NCBI GenBank assembly: GCA_964016885.1
Contig: OZ024742.1
Coordinates: 114,824,001-114,888,000, forward strand
DNA length: 64,000 nucleotides
Source of the DNA: Eledone cirrhosa
Lineage: Eukaryota
Direction of reading: 5' to 3'
Shown: in pieces, positions 28,457-43,857 of the stretch
Layout of the letters: every line of letters starts with the position of its first letter
Numbering within the stretch: position 1 is the first letter of the stretch
Notes under the pieces: model-generated
What the model was told of the DNA's origin: nothing
The model's database searches: none
Seen by the model: the letters and a program-made list of their open reading frames with translations, nothing else
Translations under genes and position numbers: made by a program

Positions 28457-28860
28457 GCTTGATCACGCTGACCGACCAGTGTGTCGGGCGCCATCCGGCG
28501 CCGCTGGTCACAGCACGTGCTGTTTTAGCCATATGATAACGCCATCCCACTCGCTGGGCCGGCAGGCCCTAAGTCTCAAGTCTGTCTTAAGCCAGAAGGC
28601 TCATTTGGCCGGTGCTTATCATGGTTTCATGGCGTGAAGCGAGTACTAGACTCCCCCACCCCACTCTGGACAGTACGCCAGTCCATCGCAGGTTTAAACC
28701 TCCAGCTATTGCTGGTACACATCTTCAGCTGAGTAAACTGGAGCAGCGTGAAATAAAGTGTCTTGCTCAAGGAAACAACACATCACCTGGTTCGAGAATT
28801 GAACTCACAACCTTTCGATTGCAAGCCTTCTGCTCTAACCACTAAGCTATGCGCCTTCAC
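28457..28860 (-). mobile_element. tRNA-derived SINE inserted into the PLE, with 14-bp target-site duplication
   Basis: Minus-strand head with A-box tagcttagtgg and B-box gagttcaattc; TSD cacacccctaataa at 28443-28456 and 28861-28874. Confidence 0.88.
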
Positions 28861-30631
28861 CACACCCCTAATAACAATATTATAGTATGATATGACAACA
28901 AGATCTACCTCCAAATGTCTATACATACCCAATATAACAATAGGAAACCAATTAGAAACCATAAAAGAAACGTAACTTGGTATAATGCTCCATTTAACTT
29001 GCAAATTATAGGCCAAATCCCTAAAAAATATTTTGTAATTCTCGATAAACATTTCCGACCTAACCACAAATGCCATCAAATCTTAAACAGTAACATTTTC
29101 TTACTCCACATCGAGCAATATACAACAAAAATATTAAAAAACTCCATGTATACCTCTAGCACAACACACACAAATTAACTATAATAATACTACAACGCAT
29201 AACCAGAATATTATTACCTATCCACCAGTTGCATCCACTCACTCACCTCACCAACACAATACATCAGCCTACAACCAACTACCATCTTCCTCATCCTTAA
29301 ACTAAGAATTACATACCCAATCTGATAAATAACTTCCAAAACAACCATCATTCTATAAACACTATATACTCTATACTTTCACCAACTAACAACCCTTCGA
29401 GCCATGACCACCCAACCGCAAACCCTTCTCTCGCATATAAAAATATAAATACAAATACTAGCACTGTTATTGGGAATATAGCAAGCAGATATGAAACCCT
29501 ATGTACACACGGTTGTATTGTAGAGAAAAAAGTAATTGCCCCTTAAATGGAAATTGCTTAATTAATAATATAGTGTATACATGTATAATTACCACTAAGG
29601 ACTCTAATCAATCCTATATTGGATCCACATCTAATCCGTTTAAATCGAGATGTTATGCACACACCCACAGTTTTCGAAACAAGATTAGCTAATACCACTT
29701 CTTTAGCTGAAGCAGTTAATAATTGTAAAAAGAAGAAAATTAATTATAAACTAACTGAGAAGATTCTCAAAAGAGCCATTTCTTATCAGGGCAATAATTT
29801 ATGTTCCCAATAATTTTTGGAAATTACTAAATCGAAAGACATTCTATTAAATAAAAGACAATAATTATTTATCGCATGTACCCATAGAATTAGAAAGACA
29901 TTCAAGTATTACAATTACAACTAAATAACTAAAGAAATAGATATAAAAGAAAAGATATAAATGGGTGTGTGTATATTTTTTGGCTATCCCAATAACTGTT
30001 TTAAATAATTAACTTTTACTGAGCACTATATATTACATTATATTCAACACTCTAACAAAACTTTAACAAACCTGCATTTAAACCTATTAAGGAAACCAGA
30101 TTATTAATGAGATTTCTTATTCGAAAATAAAATTCCCTCCAGGTAAAATTTTATTCTGACCACTCTAACACAACACAATATTACACACATTTTATTATTT
30201 TCTTACCTATATATATTTGTTTATCTACTTTTAACTTTACTTTGGTTCCATCTATATTCCTCTACTTGTTCTATTTTTAGAATACATTATTCCTCTTGAA
30301 CAAAGAAATAACAAATATTTAGGATTGTTCTATACTATTCTACTGGATATAACACACTGCTATCTGCACCCCTTTTCCTCCAATTTAAATCTTCCCTGAC
30401 CCTCCACACTTTTCAGAAATTTCTATACAATCTGTCTAAATTCCTTTACACTCGAAACTTTATTTACTTAAAGGTCATTTGATCCCTCATCCCCTGACTG
30501 CTAATTTATTCATCTACTACAACCAGATTAATGATCTATATCACCCATTCCTATGTTTACTATTGGTCAATATCAACCTTGTTCTTAAAAGGTTACTTAT
30601 TCATACATGTTTTTATATTCTTCAATACACG

Positions 30632-30782
30632 AAACTCATTATTTCTGAACACGGCGGGTAGAGAAGACGTATGTATACTTTCTTACTTTGATAAATTGTA
30701 ATATATCTTATATAGATCACGAATAGTATGAACATACGGAGAACCCCCCCCCCCCCAGAAACGATCGTAAAATAATGAGTTT
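30632..30782 (+). ncRNA. Type I HHR-like motif with 13-bp helix I and about 106-nt helix II insert
   Basis: aaactcattattt-CTGAACA-[insert]-GAAA-cgatcg-TA-aaataatgagttt; G8 replaced by C. Confidence 0.7.
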
Positions 30783-30837
30783 TACTATGATTTGCCCGTA
30801 TTTTGTTTAATTTCATTGTTTTCACTATTTGTATTTG

Positions 30838-30898
<61 letters not shown>

Positions 30899-31727
30899 TG
30901 TAAACATAGACATATACAACATATCAGAAACCAAAATTATTTTCTTTCGCGACTGATCTTTTTTTTATTGGCGCTAACACTTACTTAATATTCCATGACA
31001 TTACTGCCAGAAATTAAATATTTCATATAAAGATTTTCGCTCTACATTGCCTACTTATAATTTATAGCAGAAGAATTAATCTTTATTTCTTCAAATCATC
31101 CTGCTATTAACAATGATGTCCTCATTATATCAATGTTTGTTTCAGAATGTGGACCATGTAATTTTAACGTCTACGTCAACGATCTAGAACAATTTCGTAA
31201 ACTAAATTGCCTGGTCATTGTTACACCAATCAAGGAATCGTTTACATGTGTTACGACTTAGGCTATAAAGAAAGAATTCTAGTAGCTATATTTGACAGCA
31301 CCTGTGAATATGTTTACTGCTATTAATTCTCCGAAGTAGATTTCTGAATAGCGATATAAAACAAAATTACTAATATAGCATTGTTTTATTAACTTTGGGG
31401 AAAAATGTATATTTGCCGATGTCGAAAATGGACACTTCTCTGTCGGAAGTCGTAAGAAATACAAGACGATATTCATTTAAAGCAATTAGAGAAAAAGAAA
31501 ACAAATAAAAGCGCAAATATATATTTAGTATCAGTTCTTTATGGTTATTACATTTTGTCTTATAGTGTTATTTTATAAAATAAAGGAAACATTATACTCT
31601 AATGTTTGTATTGATGTGGTAGAATTAATGAATATTCGGTTTGGCATCTTGAAATATGTTGTCGTGATGTTTCCGTAACTGTGTATAGAGGTCAGTATAT
31701 TTCTTGGGAGACAGATAAAGGGAGATA

Positions 31728-31767
31728 TATAAAGAGAGAAAGAGAGAGATAGGGAGAGAAATCGAGT

Positions 31768-31841
<74 letters not shown>

Positions 31842-31866
31842 AGAGAGAGAGAGAAGGACAGAGAGA
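31728..31866. repeat. (GA)n microsatellite
   Basis: Directly visible. Confidence 0.95.
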
Positions 31867-34089
31867 TCATGAGAGAATGGGAGTGAGAGAACAGTGGAAA
31901 TGTAAAAATAAATTAGAGAACATTGCTGTTATTCTTAACCTCAGTAAAATTAATATCACTTTCATCACATATTCCTTGAATTTATATAGCTATCCCCTGA
32001 AATAACAAGAAGGAGAAAGTATTTACTTCATCTCAGTAAAAATAAAATGTTAGGCATCTGCCTTAACCATCTTAAACCATATTAAGGCGTGTTAACTAAT
32101 TAGAAAATATGTTCTCATATAACCATAAAAATTCAATGATACCCCTCCTAGACGAGGATTAATAGGAGTAATCACATTATCCATGACACCTAGCCCAACA
32201 TATATATAGCTAAGTATTTTCTATGTTGTTTTTGACCTATATAAACGCAGCAATATATTCGATATTATATTCTGCCGTCTTGAAAAGCGAAATGCACTTA
32301 GAAAGTAAGCAATTAGAAACAATTTATTCGAAGACCTACGAGTTAGGCCAGTTGTACACTACTACTTATATTGAGGAGAGCATAGATACAGTAGACTACA
32401 ACTTTACACAATCAAACACCTACATATCATTGTATATATTTTGAAACGTTTGCGTCTATGTTTTCTAAACAGTTATTATCAATTGACTAAAACGAGTTGG
32501 CCTCGGATAGCACAGTACTGCATCATTATGTTCTAGTTTACGTTTTACAGCAACATCCATCCTTTAAAATCTTTGACTTCAAATATGTTTTCTCTATCCC
32601 ATCTTTCATACTTTCACATTAAAGCTTGCATCTATTATTTATCAGAAATGTTTCTGATTCAAAATCTCCGGGTTAAGACCATGCTATAATCTGCATGAGT
32701 AGTATTCTTAATTGGTTGCCTGTTTTGGTATCACTTGACAGACGTAGGCACAAACGTAATACGAATAGATATATGTAATTTTGGAAATGAAATTCCTCAA
32801 TGTAATTTTTACTGGCACTTCAATAAATTAAATACGCCATGGGAAAATTAAAACAATTTAGCGTTGATACATCAAGTTACATATCTGATGTAGCCTCATA
32901 AATGCATCACTTTACACTACTATTGATATACATAAATGCCTGTCAATTATTTGCAATAATAAAGCGATAATTTCAATCACGGGATCTGGTAACTGGGTAG
33001 TCCCTTGAATATTATTATCAAAGATGTAAACATCTCTAAATAGAAAGTAACATTATAGGTTGTCTCTTCAAATGTATAGTAAATGGTTCATAAAAAAAAA
33101 AACGTTATTTCGATATTTGACAAGATGTAATATAATATTTGTTTGAAGATAGACTGAAACTGGGCTGTTGGTATAGCGAGAAAATCTAATGTACACTAGC
33201 GGCATGCGTATTGATCCTTGTTTGCCTGTCATATCTGGCATAGATTCTATTGTGGAGATACTCATTTGCATACAGCAAATAGAAAGCATCGGCTGGAAAT
33301 GGTGATATGCATATAATGCAGGCTTCGGTGATATATTTAATTACCAAAACACCAGAACAGTGTTTAAGCACAATACATATGTATATGAAAACATATATAA
33401 GTATGTACTAAACTTGATATACATTAAACATCTGCTCACACAGAAGAATATCGTCAAACATGTGTTTGTTTTCAAATGAAAATGTATTATTTTCCATAGC
33501 AAGGCAATACAAATGTTTAAATTATATATAGATGTAGTATATGTATATATATATTATCTCATATAACATCCGTATTATGATTAAACACTGTCCTAGTTTT
33601 ATTGCTAATTTATTATAATCTAGCAAGTTGGCACCATAGGCAAAAGAGCATTTCGAGGCTGTGTTCTATTTGCTATATGCAAGAGAGCATTAACAGCAAA
33701 TGCTAATGACACAAAACTCTATATAGACTCCAGTCTCATGTCAGTTAGTGTGGCTGATGAATGAGCTTGTCTTAACTCTCGACCATAGTGACAAACTTCA
33801 TATATTAACAGAAAATAGAGAAAACTAATAATTTTGCTACGAAATCGTATTTCTTTTTTATAGCGAGGCCACTCATATATATATATATATATATAATATA
33901 TGTTCATATATATTTCCATATGCCTCCCTGTAATACTTAAACTTTGCTGTCGTGCTATTGCATTTAATATGTATACAATTGGCGGTAGCACCGGCGCAAC
34001 CTTTCATCATATGTGAGGTATATATGAAAGCATATATAAACATATATGCACATGCATATATAAGCATATATATATGCATATATAAGCAT

Positions 34090-34310
34090 CGTCAGTCGAT
34101 CGACCTTCGTCAAATCGGACCGAGGAAACAATGTTTTCATGGGTCTTCCGAATTGCTAATATTATCTATCGGTCGCAACTCAAGGTAGAAGGAGAAACGT
34201 GAAATAAAGTGTCTTGCTCAAGGTCATAACGCAACGCCCGTGGAGAATAGAACTTACAACCTCACGATTGTAAATCCAATTCTCTTAGCACTCAGCCACG
34301 CGCCTTCACA
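34090..34310 (-). mobile_element. tRNA-derived SINE (head related to the 28457-28860 copy); partial copy also at about 47270-47355
   Basis: gtgaaataaagtgtcttgctcaagg...tagcactcagccacgcgccttcac shared with 28748-28860. Confidence 0.75.
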
Positions 34311-35751
34311 AATATATATAAGCATATATAAACATATTCATAAACAAATATATATAAGCATATATAAACATATATAATACATGTGTGTACCATTTTGAGT
34401 AAGTATGTCACTGATGAAAGTTTAGAATTCTGGAGTCAGTGCTGTCTGATATTCTCAAAACGTACTGGCAACTCTGGGATATATTCAGACAACAATATAG
34501 AAAAATACATATTTATTTTTGCTACGAAAACATATTTTTCTTCTGCTGTGTGACTAGGAATATGTTTATTGCATATAAACCCATTTTATGTTGCCATATT
34601 CATCGGTACCATATCATGCTCTTTCCAATTATCTGTTAAAATATATTTCTTTGTATAACCTCTTTCGGCTTCTTTGCGCATACATATGTTACCAATGTAG
34701 AATTAATGTAAAAATAGAAAAACGATATTGATGTATAGTCGTATGCATCTATAACTTCTAACTTTAAATGCTTCTTATCAAACATCTAACTTTCAGCCAC
34801 CGTAATATGCGCTAGTGTAGGAGGGAATGTGCAGAAATGGGAAATAATGAGTGTTGATGTCATTAAATGAATGAAACCATCACTTCCACGAAATATTCCC
34901 TACAATGTTTCTCGACTTATTTAACAATTGTAGCGTAACTTCCTCTATATCAAATTAAAATGAATAACAGAAATGATGACAGTTATCATCACAGTTATAA
35001 CGGAATGACCATGGATAGATTGTATTTGTTTTTTCATATCTGATTCTTCGGACCAAATAACGATAAAATAATCCGAAGTGTTAATTCTCATATTATGAAT
35101 AATAAAGTGGAGAAACATCTATAAATATGAAGTAAAAACGGGATTTAAAGGCCAAATTTAAGTGTGATAGAGAAATAATCTAAGGTTAATTGAAGATACA
35201 ATATGCATTATTTGATGTGTTTTTGAGATAGCACAGAGGCATAACCAAATATTTTTTTTTCTTTAATCCAACCACAAGAAAAATCTAATAATTGATGCAC
35301 TCTGTGAATTTACATTTTCTCAAATATCACTCGTTTCGATTGTTATATTAATCTTATGAAACGTTTAACATGTTTCTTCTCATATTAACTAAGGAGGTAG
35401 AATAGTCCTACCTGCTGAACCTCACTTCCACCTACATACGATTCATTTTGACAAAATATTCACATTTTTCTAACTGCTCAAAAAATATGAGAACAAACTT
35501 TAATATTTCGTAAGATTCATATATCGATAGAAACCTGTAAATAATTGAGAAAATTAAATCCATTTAATGTAACTTATGAAATTCTTCATTTTATCGGATT
35601 AAAGAAAATATAATCTTCAAATACACCTCTGTGTTTTTTTTTTATTTTTACTTTTTTGTCTATAACCTTTGAATTGTATGGAACACCATTTTCAACTATA
35701 TGTTTATGTATATATATATATATGGGGTGTATATAAAACGATGAATAAGAC

Positions 35752-35794
<43 letters not shown>

Positions 35795-38189
35795 AGTGTA
35801 TATAAAACGATGAGTAAGACTTTGTAAAAAATAGTAAGTTGCACGTGATATCAGATACATTTTGCAACATATATGTTCTTATATCGTTTTTCGCAACTTT
35901 CATTTTCATGTAGTATCCTTAATATGACCCTAGGTTCAAACGAGTTGTAAGTTCGTAGAAAGCCTATGATAAAAACAACAACAAGCCATCCTGGTGATTT
36001 GAAAGGAAAGAAAATATCAGAAAATATCAAAATAATACAAAATAAATTAAAGAAAATAACGTTGCCTTCCAGACATATTGGATTATTCTACTGTCCAATA
36101 AAATACCTTATCCCTTTGATGCGTGCTAATGCCAAATATGTTCAATCTATATTTGGCATATGCCGTAATAATAATAAAAATATCAATAACAATAAGGATA
36201 ATAGATATAATGCTTATACAAATAATATCAATAATACTAAAAAAAATATTATTATTATTATTATTGTTGGTGGTATCATTATTATTATTAGTAGTATTAT
36301 TATGAAAATTAGGAGTAGTAGTAGTATTATGACAAAGATATTTTTGATATACGAATTGCCTCCTTTCTCGCAATGTATCTCTTCAAAGACGTTTTGTTTT
36401 TTCTTCTCTATGAAAGAATCTATATTGAGCGGCACAATGCAAATTGTATGCAATGAATAGCACAAACAACATAATATGTTCCAAAGTAAACCCACAATGT
36501 CTTACTTATATTTACATACGTGTATAAAAAACACCCCAAACAAACAATAAAAACAATCCCAACAAATCATGACAGTGCACAAACCTAGATGTATTTAACA
36601 GTATATTCGCAGAACTCGAATGCTAGTAGTATCGACATAGCATTTAACTTCCCAGTGCCAGTAAAGTTAAAAGTTAGATTTGTACTGAATTTATTGGTAT
36701 ATAATGTCTAGTAAGCTAGTTTCATTTGAAGGTGCAGATCCTCTCCGCTTTTTTCTGCGTATAACGTATTGCTGTTAACTCTCCTGTTGTTTTGTATGAG
36801 ATTTTCAGCACAACCGGTGCGGTGATATTTGAAGTTTTACAAACAAATATACTACTCATTAGTGTTGTGACTGTATATGCATTTGCTACATATATTGCCC
36901 CACCACCGAATAATTTGTCTTCAATCATATCGTTAAATCCTCGACAAGACTGACCATTTTTGTATGTAATAAAAATATATCAAATATATTACCATGACAA
37001 AGCTCTACATGTTTAAATCACCAACCACTTTAATGTCAATAATTGTTGTGCTGATATTTGTTTCTGTTGTTTGTGATGTTGTTGTTTACATAATATTAGT
37101 AGTCCGAATATTTTCATTTATTATTTTGTTCGAATAAACATACGATCAAAGACATTCTAGCCATTAATATCCAATCATTTTAAAGTACCTAAGGCTATAT
37201 TATCCAATGTATTCCATCCTTATCCATGACAGCAATGTGCAAGATTTAAGAGGGATTTAACTACTCTTTCAAGAAGATAATGTGACAATGGAAACGATCC
37301 GCTGAAGAATCTTAGTTTGGTATTTAATCATTTGTTTCTATTGTGTTAAAATATGAGAGAAAATAGTTAAATTGATAGCATTCTGTTTTATGGAGTGACC
37401 GTGGGGGGTTGTGTTAAATTGTTTGGGAGCGTATATATAATGAATGTACGGGATGTTCATGCAGATATTAGAGGTGATTGAGTAGTGCTGGTGGAAGGAG
37501 ATGAGTGAATGAATGGTAAAATATAAAATATGGCAGGATGTTATTTTCTTAAACCAATTTGGATGTAAGGCAAATGTTGCCATAGCCTAATTTGGGTTCC
37601 GGACATGAATGATGAGATTATATTGCGTGGCGCTTCGTACAGAACATTACCATTCATGTTACGCATTCAGCATCCCCTTTTCATCTTTAATAGGGAAATT
37701 GGTGAACAATATTGTCGTTACTTGAAATGCTACAAATTGCTGCTCAGGGAGCCAGCTTATATCTGATGAGAAAAGGAACCGTGTGACTGTAACACTGTGA
37801 AGATAAAAACGTTTCAAATGAGGTCGTTCATCACCTTTAGTACCGATGTGTAAAACTTTCCCAGATATGTATACAAGAAAGATAAAGTCATTTTTGTTTA
37901 TATCCGTTAAACAACACAGATTTATTCAATCACCAAAAATAGAAAGCTTAAGAACACATAGAATACACACACACACACACAATCACATACACACACACAA
38001 ACACACACACACATACACACATACACACATACACGTATACATATGTGTGTGTGTAAGTGTGTGTATGCGTGTATGTGTGTGGGTGCGTAATATACGTATG
38101 TATGTATGTGTGTATGTACGTATGTGTGATTAACTATAGAAGGGTTACGGTTTTTGTTTATGTATACTAAAAGTAGAGATTAATGATTG

Positions 38190-40410
38190 GGGACTTCAAA
38201 CCCAAGAGTGATTGTAATAGTAATAGTAATTAGGATGCTATTGGCCCTTTGAACATGCTGGATACCGTCAAGATAATGGAAACTGGATGGTTTCTTTTTT
38301 CAGATTAAATGGACTCTCGATCTCCTATACATATGTCAAACACTGAGATGCACAAAAAACCTGGCACTCTCCTGACAACAGTAACACTCAGAAGGGATTG
38401 ATACATCTTCATCAATATTGGCAAAGTGCAAGTGAAATTGAAAACACTTTCCGAAGAGCCTACTTTAACAAGCCTTTCAATATTGCAAAGCTGACAGAAA
38501 AAGTGTCAGCTGAAAAAATATTACCTCGATCTAAATAATAAACTTACGTCTTTAAAAGTTGATGCTTAACTCATTGAAAAATTGGCGGATTCAAAAACCG
38601 TATTCAGTGGGCTGCTAACGCAACAAATGGCAACAAAGTGGCTCTCACAAAGGTCAATGGATCTCAGCTAGAACTTGTAATTTGATTGATGATGAGAAAA
38701 TAATCACATTAAAGCTAGACAAGGCAAACACACAAACCGAATAGCGACGTACAAGAATATGTCAACAGAGATCGTCAACTGCAATGAGGCCCAATCTGCA
38801 GCAAAAAGAAACGACCGTATAACGCTGTAGACAATCGTTCAAGACCTGACAAAAGTTAAAAGTAGTAGTACAATAGTAACAGGTAAGGACAAAAAGCTGA
38901 CTTCTCATGGTAGAGAACTAACAGTCAAAATGGATGGAACACTTCAGCGAATTGCTAAACCAGCTAAGCCCAACATCAATTTTAGAACTTAATGATACAA
39001 TGGAAAATGACACCAGTAATTCAGAGGTATTCCTCAGCGATATAAGAAAGGAAGGGGAAAAATGCACAAGGTAATCCTGTCCCAGAAGTCTAACAAATCC
39101 CTTCGATTAGACTAGTTACCTATGGAGCTCCTAAAAGACAGTGGAGATGTTGTCATAAAATAGATGATAGATATAGGAATGGTAATCCGATGATAAATGA
39201 GAGACACCTAATGAATTGGCAAATACATTTATAGTCAAACTCTCCAAGAAATGAGTACTTCCTGATAGCGGTAAAGGTCATAATATGATTCTTCTAATTA
39301 TGACCCCGAAAATCACGTGTTATCTTCCGTTGGTAACATTACAACAGGAACTTGACGACACACTGAGAAAAGAACAGGCAGGATTTTGAAACGGAGGATC
39401 TTGCAAATTAAAAAAGTATTTACACTAATGAATTCAATGGAGTATAGAACCTCGGAAATGATAAATTAGGTTAACTTTAAAAATTGGCTTCGATAGTGAA
39501 TTGGAAAGATCCCCTAGTGCTATGGTGTCCCTCATCATTATACCAACATTTATCAAGACTGAAGTTATTTTGTAAGAATAAAATCTAGATGTACTAAGAT
39601 CTTTTCAATCGCATCGGAAGTGTAATCAGATTGCACCCTATCTGCATTCTTTATTGCGATAATCTTGGATTAAAACTGATTAAAACTGATGGATTTAGAC
39701 TTTGCTGACGATGTAGCGCTTCACACAGGCAAATGCACAGTATAAGAGATACTGAAATATTTCCTAGTTGAAAGAATGACTTGAGCGTAAATTATTCAAA
39801 ACAAAAATACAGAAATGTGCCTGCAGGGAAGCATGTGAAGTTTAAGTCAATGGGAAAAGACAGCACAAGTTGAAACGTCACATATCTTGGTAGCATTCAT
39901 AAAGCAAATGGCAGTACTGAAGCTGGCATACAATAAAGCATCGCCAACGTTGCTTGAGTATGTAACAAACTGCAAACAGTATGGGAATAAAAGAAGTTCA
40001 CAACACTAACGAAATTCAGGTTATTCTCATCAATTTTTATCTTAACAGCAACATATGCAGCTGGCACATGGATACATACTACCAGAACTGAAAGAATAAC
40101 TTGATATATCCCAACAAAGGTGACACCGGAAGATCATATGCATTAGATCACAAGACAATTTCACATACCCGGGACTGGTCATCAAAAGAAGAAGAATGCA
40201 GCTGGCAGGGCTTGTCCTAAGAATGGGGTCCAATATAGCAGCATGAACTGCAATTGCCTAGTTGCCAGCTAGTGGAAAAAAATATAGTAGGCCAAACAAT
40301 TACTGGAAATCCACACTAAAAGATAACCTGCGCACGTGTGGCTCAACAGGGCTTCAGTAGCCAAGAAGAGCATAGTGGTCAGTTGTCGTGAGATTGGAGG
40401 AAACAGATGA
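38190..40410 (+). mobile_element. Heavily degraded RTE-type LINE (end of APE, RT, thumb)
   Basis: Relic motifs LRKEQAGF, DLDFADDVAL (about 39692-39722), YLGS, RRMQLAGLVLRM; many stops and frameshifts. Confidence 0.75.
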
Positions 40411-41367
40411 GCAAATAATAAATAGAAATACGTCATGCTAACAGTGTTTCAAGTTATTTTTTGAAGCCACCTAAGTTGCTCTCTGTGAATGGCAGACACT
40501 ATTGTTTCAGGTTATTTTCTCTACCGTCAGTGTCGTATCGTTTTTTGAGATGGAGAGGATTATAAGCGATAACCTGAATACTTTGCGTATACACATCTTC
40601 ATTGCAATGAAACTGGGGAATGTTACTGTTGGAGAAGACTAAGTTGATGATAAATATTATGGTGAAGGCGATGATATTTATGAGGATGAATACGATACTA
40701 CTGATGATGAAGAAGCGTTGATGCTGGTGATATCACTGCAAATCTGGCTGACGTCTATGATGATGATCTCCTCATATGTTTAATAATGTTCTTGAATGTT
40801 AAGTAAGTAATAGGAATTTCTAAACTACTGCTATCACAACGACACCCTCACTATGCTTAATACATATATTCGATTCATATCGATACACCAGTGTTGACAA
40901 CCGATGTTAAGCATTAGATCATTTACAAAACAAAAATCTATGTATACATAAAACGTGAATGTGAAAGAAAAAAAACTTCTATCGCTAAAAACAGCAACAA
41001 CTATAACTAGCATCAACTCAAATAAAAGAGTTGAAAACGGCACGATTCAGACTTTATTATTTATAACAGGTATATTATTTATTTATGTTAAGTTTACAAA
41101 TCAGTTCAGTTTCTCAAAAGATAACTTATATATGTAGACGAGAGTCAATGCAATGTACGGCATTACTGTTCAACTGCATAGATACCCTGGTTGACTGATA
41201 TATTTATTTCATTTGACAGAACTCTTTTCTAACAAGATGTGATAAGCACACTAAACAAAATTAACATTCTTCACTTGAATAAATGATATAGCTATATGTT
41301 CAGAAGCCCAACATTGGTCTATAGAATATATAAAAAGAGGGAGAGAGGGTAAAAAGAGAGACACGGG

Positions 41368-41440
<73 letters not shown>

Positions 41441-41799
41441 GGGGGAGGAAGTGAAACGCCTCCACTCCATGCATGGACATATTTTTTTTATTACTCCATA
41501 GAACAAGGAAATATATGATGAACAATTATTCAAACCCGCAGGCACACAGAAAACAACGAACACATACAAACATACAAGTAAAACATCAACAAATATATAA
41601 GCGAAAGCAAGCTTTTCCCAACTGAAATAATTTTTATTGCGTAACAGTTTGAGCTGAGTTGTTAAGAATATTATCATTTTTCGGACTATTAACGACATCC
41701 TTGAAGATGAAAGATTTTACAATATTTACACAATACTACTGCAATACTACACAGCCGGGAATAAGACATCTGATAACGATCGGAGATCAAACCGATTAG

Positions 41800-43857
41800 A
41801 AATAATAATGATGTACTCTCGTACAGCTAGTTTGATTTTTGTCGTTGCTTTTATAGTCATTAGTGTGGATATAAGTTGTAACGATGAAAGAATGGTATTT
41901 AACTAATGTATTGGTACGCGGTGGGGCCCACCCACAGCCCCGGCGGGCAGAATGGACAAGGATTATCCCCGGAGCACGGCAAGAGAGACGCGCAGGAAAA
42001 GCCACTCCAACTTGCGGGTCTCACACCTGCGGCTGGCGAGCTCAGCACCTATCGTGGTGAGTAAGGAAGTAGCCCTGGGGCCGAGGAGACCAGAGGTTTC
42101 CACTGCCAGGGGAGCGACCGCAAACCTGTCGGAGAGCGACCGGTATTTGAGGAGTTTGGCCCCTTCAGTCCGACGTGCAGCAGAACCTGGGTCAGTCGCA
42201 GACAGCACCAGGTTGCGGCTGCAGAAAGTGTCGGTGCAAGTGGCATCCCAGACGAGGGGTTGCCACCGCGGAACGGGAAGATGGCCATGCCATCTGGCCT
42301 TTTGCCGTCCTCTCGATCCAGCCCGACCGGCTCGAGCAGGGAGGGGAGCCTGCAGCGTCAGAGCCATGCTTAATGACCTTATTGAGGGCAGTATGGCGTG
42401 GAATGCGGTCGGCACTGTGGTGACAGGAAAGCGGGTGGAGGCCGAAAGAGTACACGGTGGAACCGCAGCGACATTGGTGTGGCTGGCAGATCCGGAGGCC
42501 GAGCCTCAGGGAAACGCCGATTCGCAGGCTATGGTTGTCTAGATGCGTGCCAGTGGAAAAGGATGGCAGATCATGGAGCCAGGCACCACTGTGGGGTTTG
42601 GAGGCCGCACGAAAACAAGCAAGGCGATGCTGGTCGAGCTGGCGCATGAGCCTGTCCGAGGCCAGGCTGCACTGGATGGCATCCCAAGTGCGTTGGGGGG
42701 ACTTGAAGTCAACAGAGGAAGATGGACGAGGGACATCTACTGGGCTAAGTCCCAGCCGGTCCCACGTCTCACAGGCGCCCTCACGTTCTCTGAACACAGA
42801 GGGTTCTGTTGTGTTTTGAAGAACCCTGCTGACGAGGACGGGGCGCGAGGTTACCGACAAAAGATACGCCGGCAATGCTAGTGAGATCGGGGACCGGAGG
42901 CCTAGGCCGCCATATCTGACCGGTAAAGTGGCCTGTTGCCACCCTATGTCGTCAAACTTGACGTTGCATATCCCCTCGGCTGCTGCTCGGATACAAATAT
43001 CGAGGTCAGCGAGGAGAGTTGTCTGGGTGTAGCATGGAAGGCTTCGGAGTGTATAGAGGAGCTTCGGCATGGCGAAGCAGTTCCTCAGCAGAGAGCTGGG
43101 TGGCCGTCAATCAAGCCCAGTCGGCTCGTGAGGGTCTGGAGCTATTGAAGCCTGGACCTGATGGTGGAGGGGATGGCTGGCGGGTGGTTGGGTGACCCGA
43201 GGATGAGGACATCCTCTTTGGGTGTCACCTGAACCTGGCGGAGAATGGACCGCACGTCTAAGACGGAGGCTGCAAAGCTCGCAGCATCGAGGCTGACGTT
43301 CACCACCTCCGACTTGGCCGAGATGAACTGGAGCTCGATTCCCGCCAGGGCAGAAATCACCGATTGAAGGTCTTGGCAGACCGTCCGTACGGGCCCGCCC
43401 AACGTAGCATCATCCAGATCCCAAATGTTGAGAGGGGCCGTGATACTCCGGGCCATGTGTTTAATATCAAGGTCGAACAGGATGGGTCCCAAAGGATCGC
43501 CCTGTTGGACGCAAGTAACCGAGGGTATGACCGTATGAGCAGCTAGGGGCATGCTTGGGGCTCCATATGACAGGTAGGCCAGCGTGTAGGCAGAGGGGGC
43601 ACGGCTGAGGCAGGCCTCGACCAGATGACCCCGGCGTAAAGAGTTAAAGGCATTCCTCATGTCAAGCTTGACAATGAGGTGCCTGGAGTCCCTGGATGCC
43701 GGTACCGATGGGCAGCTGCTGAAGAACTGCCTGATTGCATGAGAGTCCCCCTCACAGCCATCGGACACGCCGGCCGCCAGTTGCACCGGACTAAACTCCT
43801 CACCCAGTTCGTGTGTGACGGACTTGCAGATCACCTTGGCAGCCAGCCTCCGGAGAC
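41800..43857 (-). mobile_element. Second, 5'-truncated CRE-clade retrotransposon copy
   Basis: Collinear homology to about 1240-3140 (RRLAAK, KLDMRNAFN, VQQGDPLG, LDDATL, GGLGL, GAWL, LVWDATCTDTF, KLLKY). Confidence 0.9.

Larger units (their letters stand above)
28085..30840 (+). mobile_element. 5'-truncated, degraded Naiad-like PLE
   Basis: VNFLDITLDL, RNVTWYNAPFN, CYC..CPLNGNC....VYTC...YIGSTSNPFKSR...H; long 3' UTR with HHR; ends in (TA)n. Confidence 0.85.

Noticed and set aside
28790-28860. tRNA gene
   Set aside because: A/B boxes belong to a SINE head continuing into SINE body and bounded by a TSD
33745-34475. CTGATGA motifs near 33754 and 34411 as extra hammerheads
   Set aside because: No convincing GAAA-helix III-UH arrangement with matching helix I
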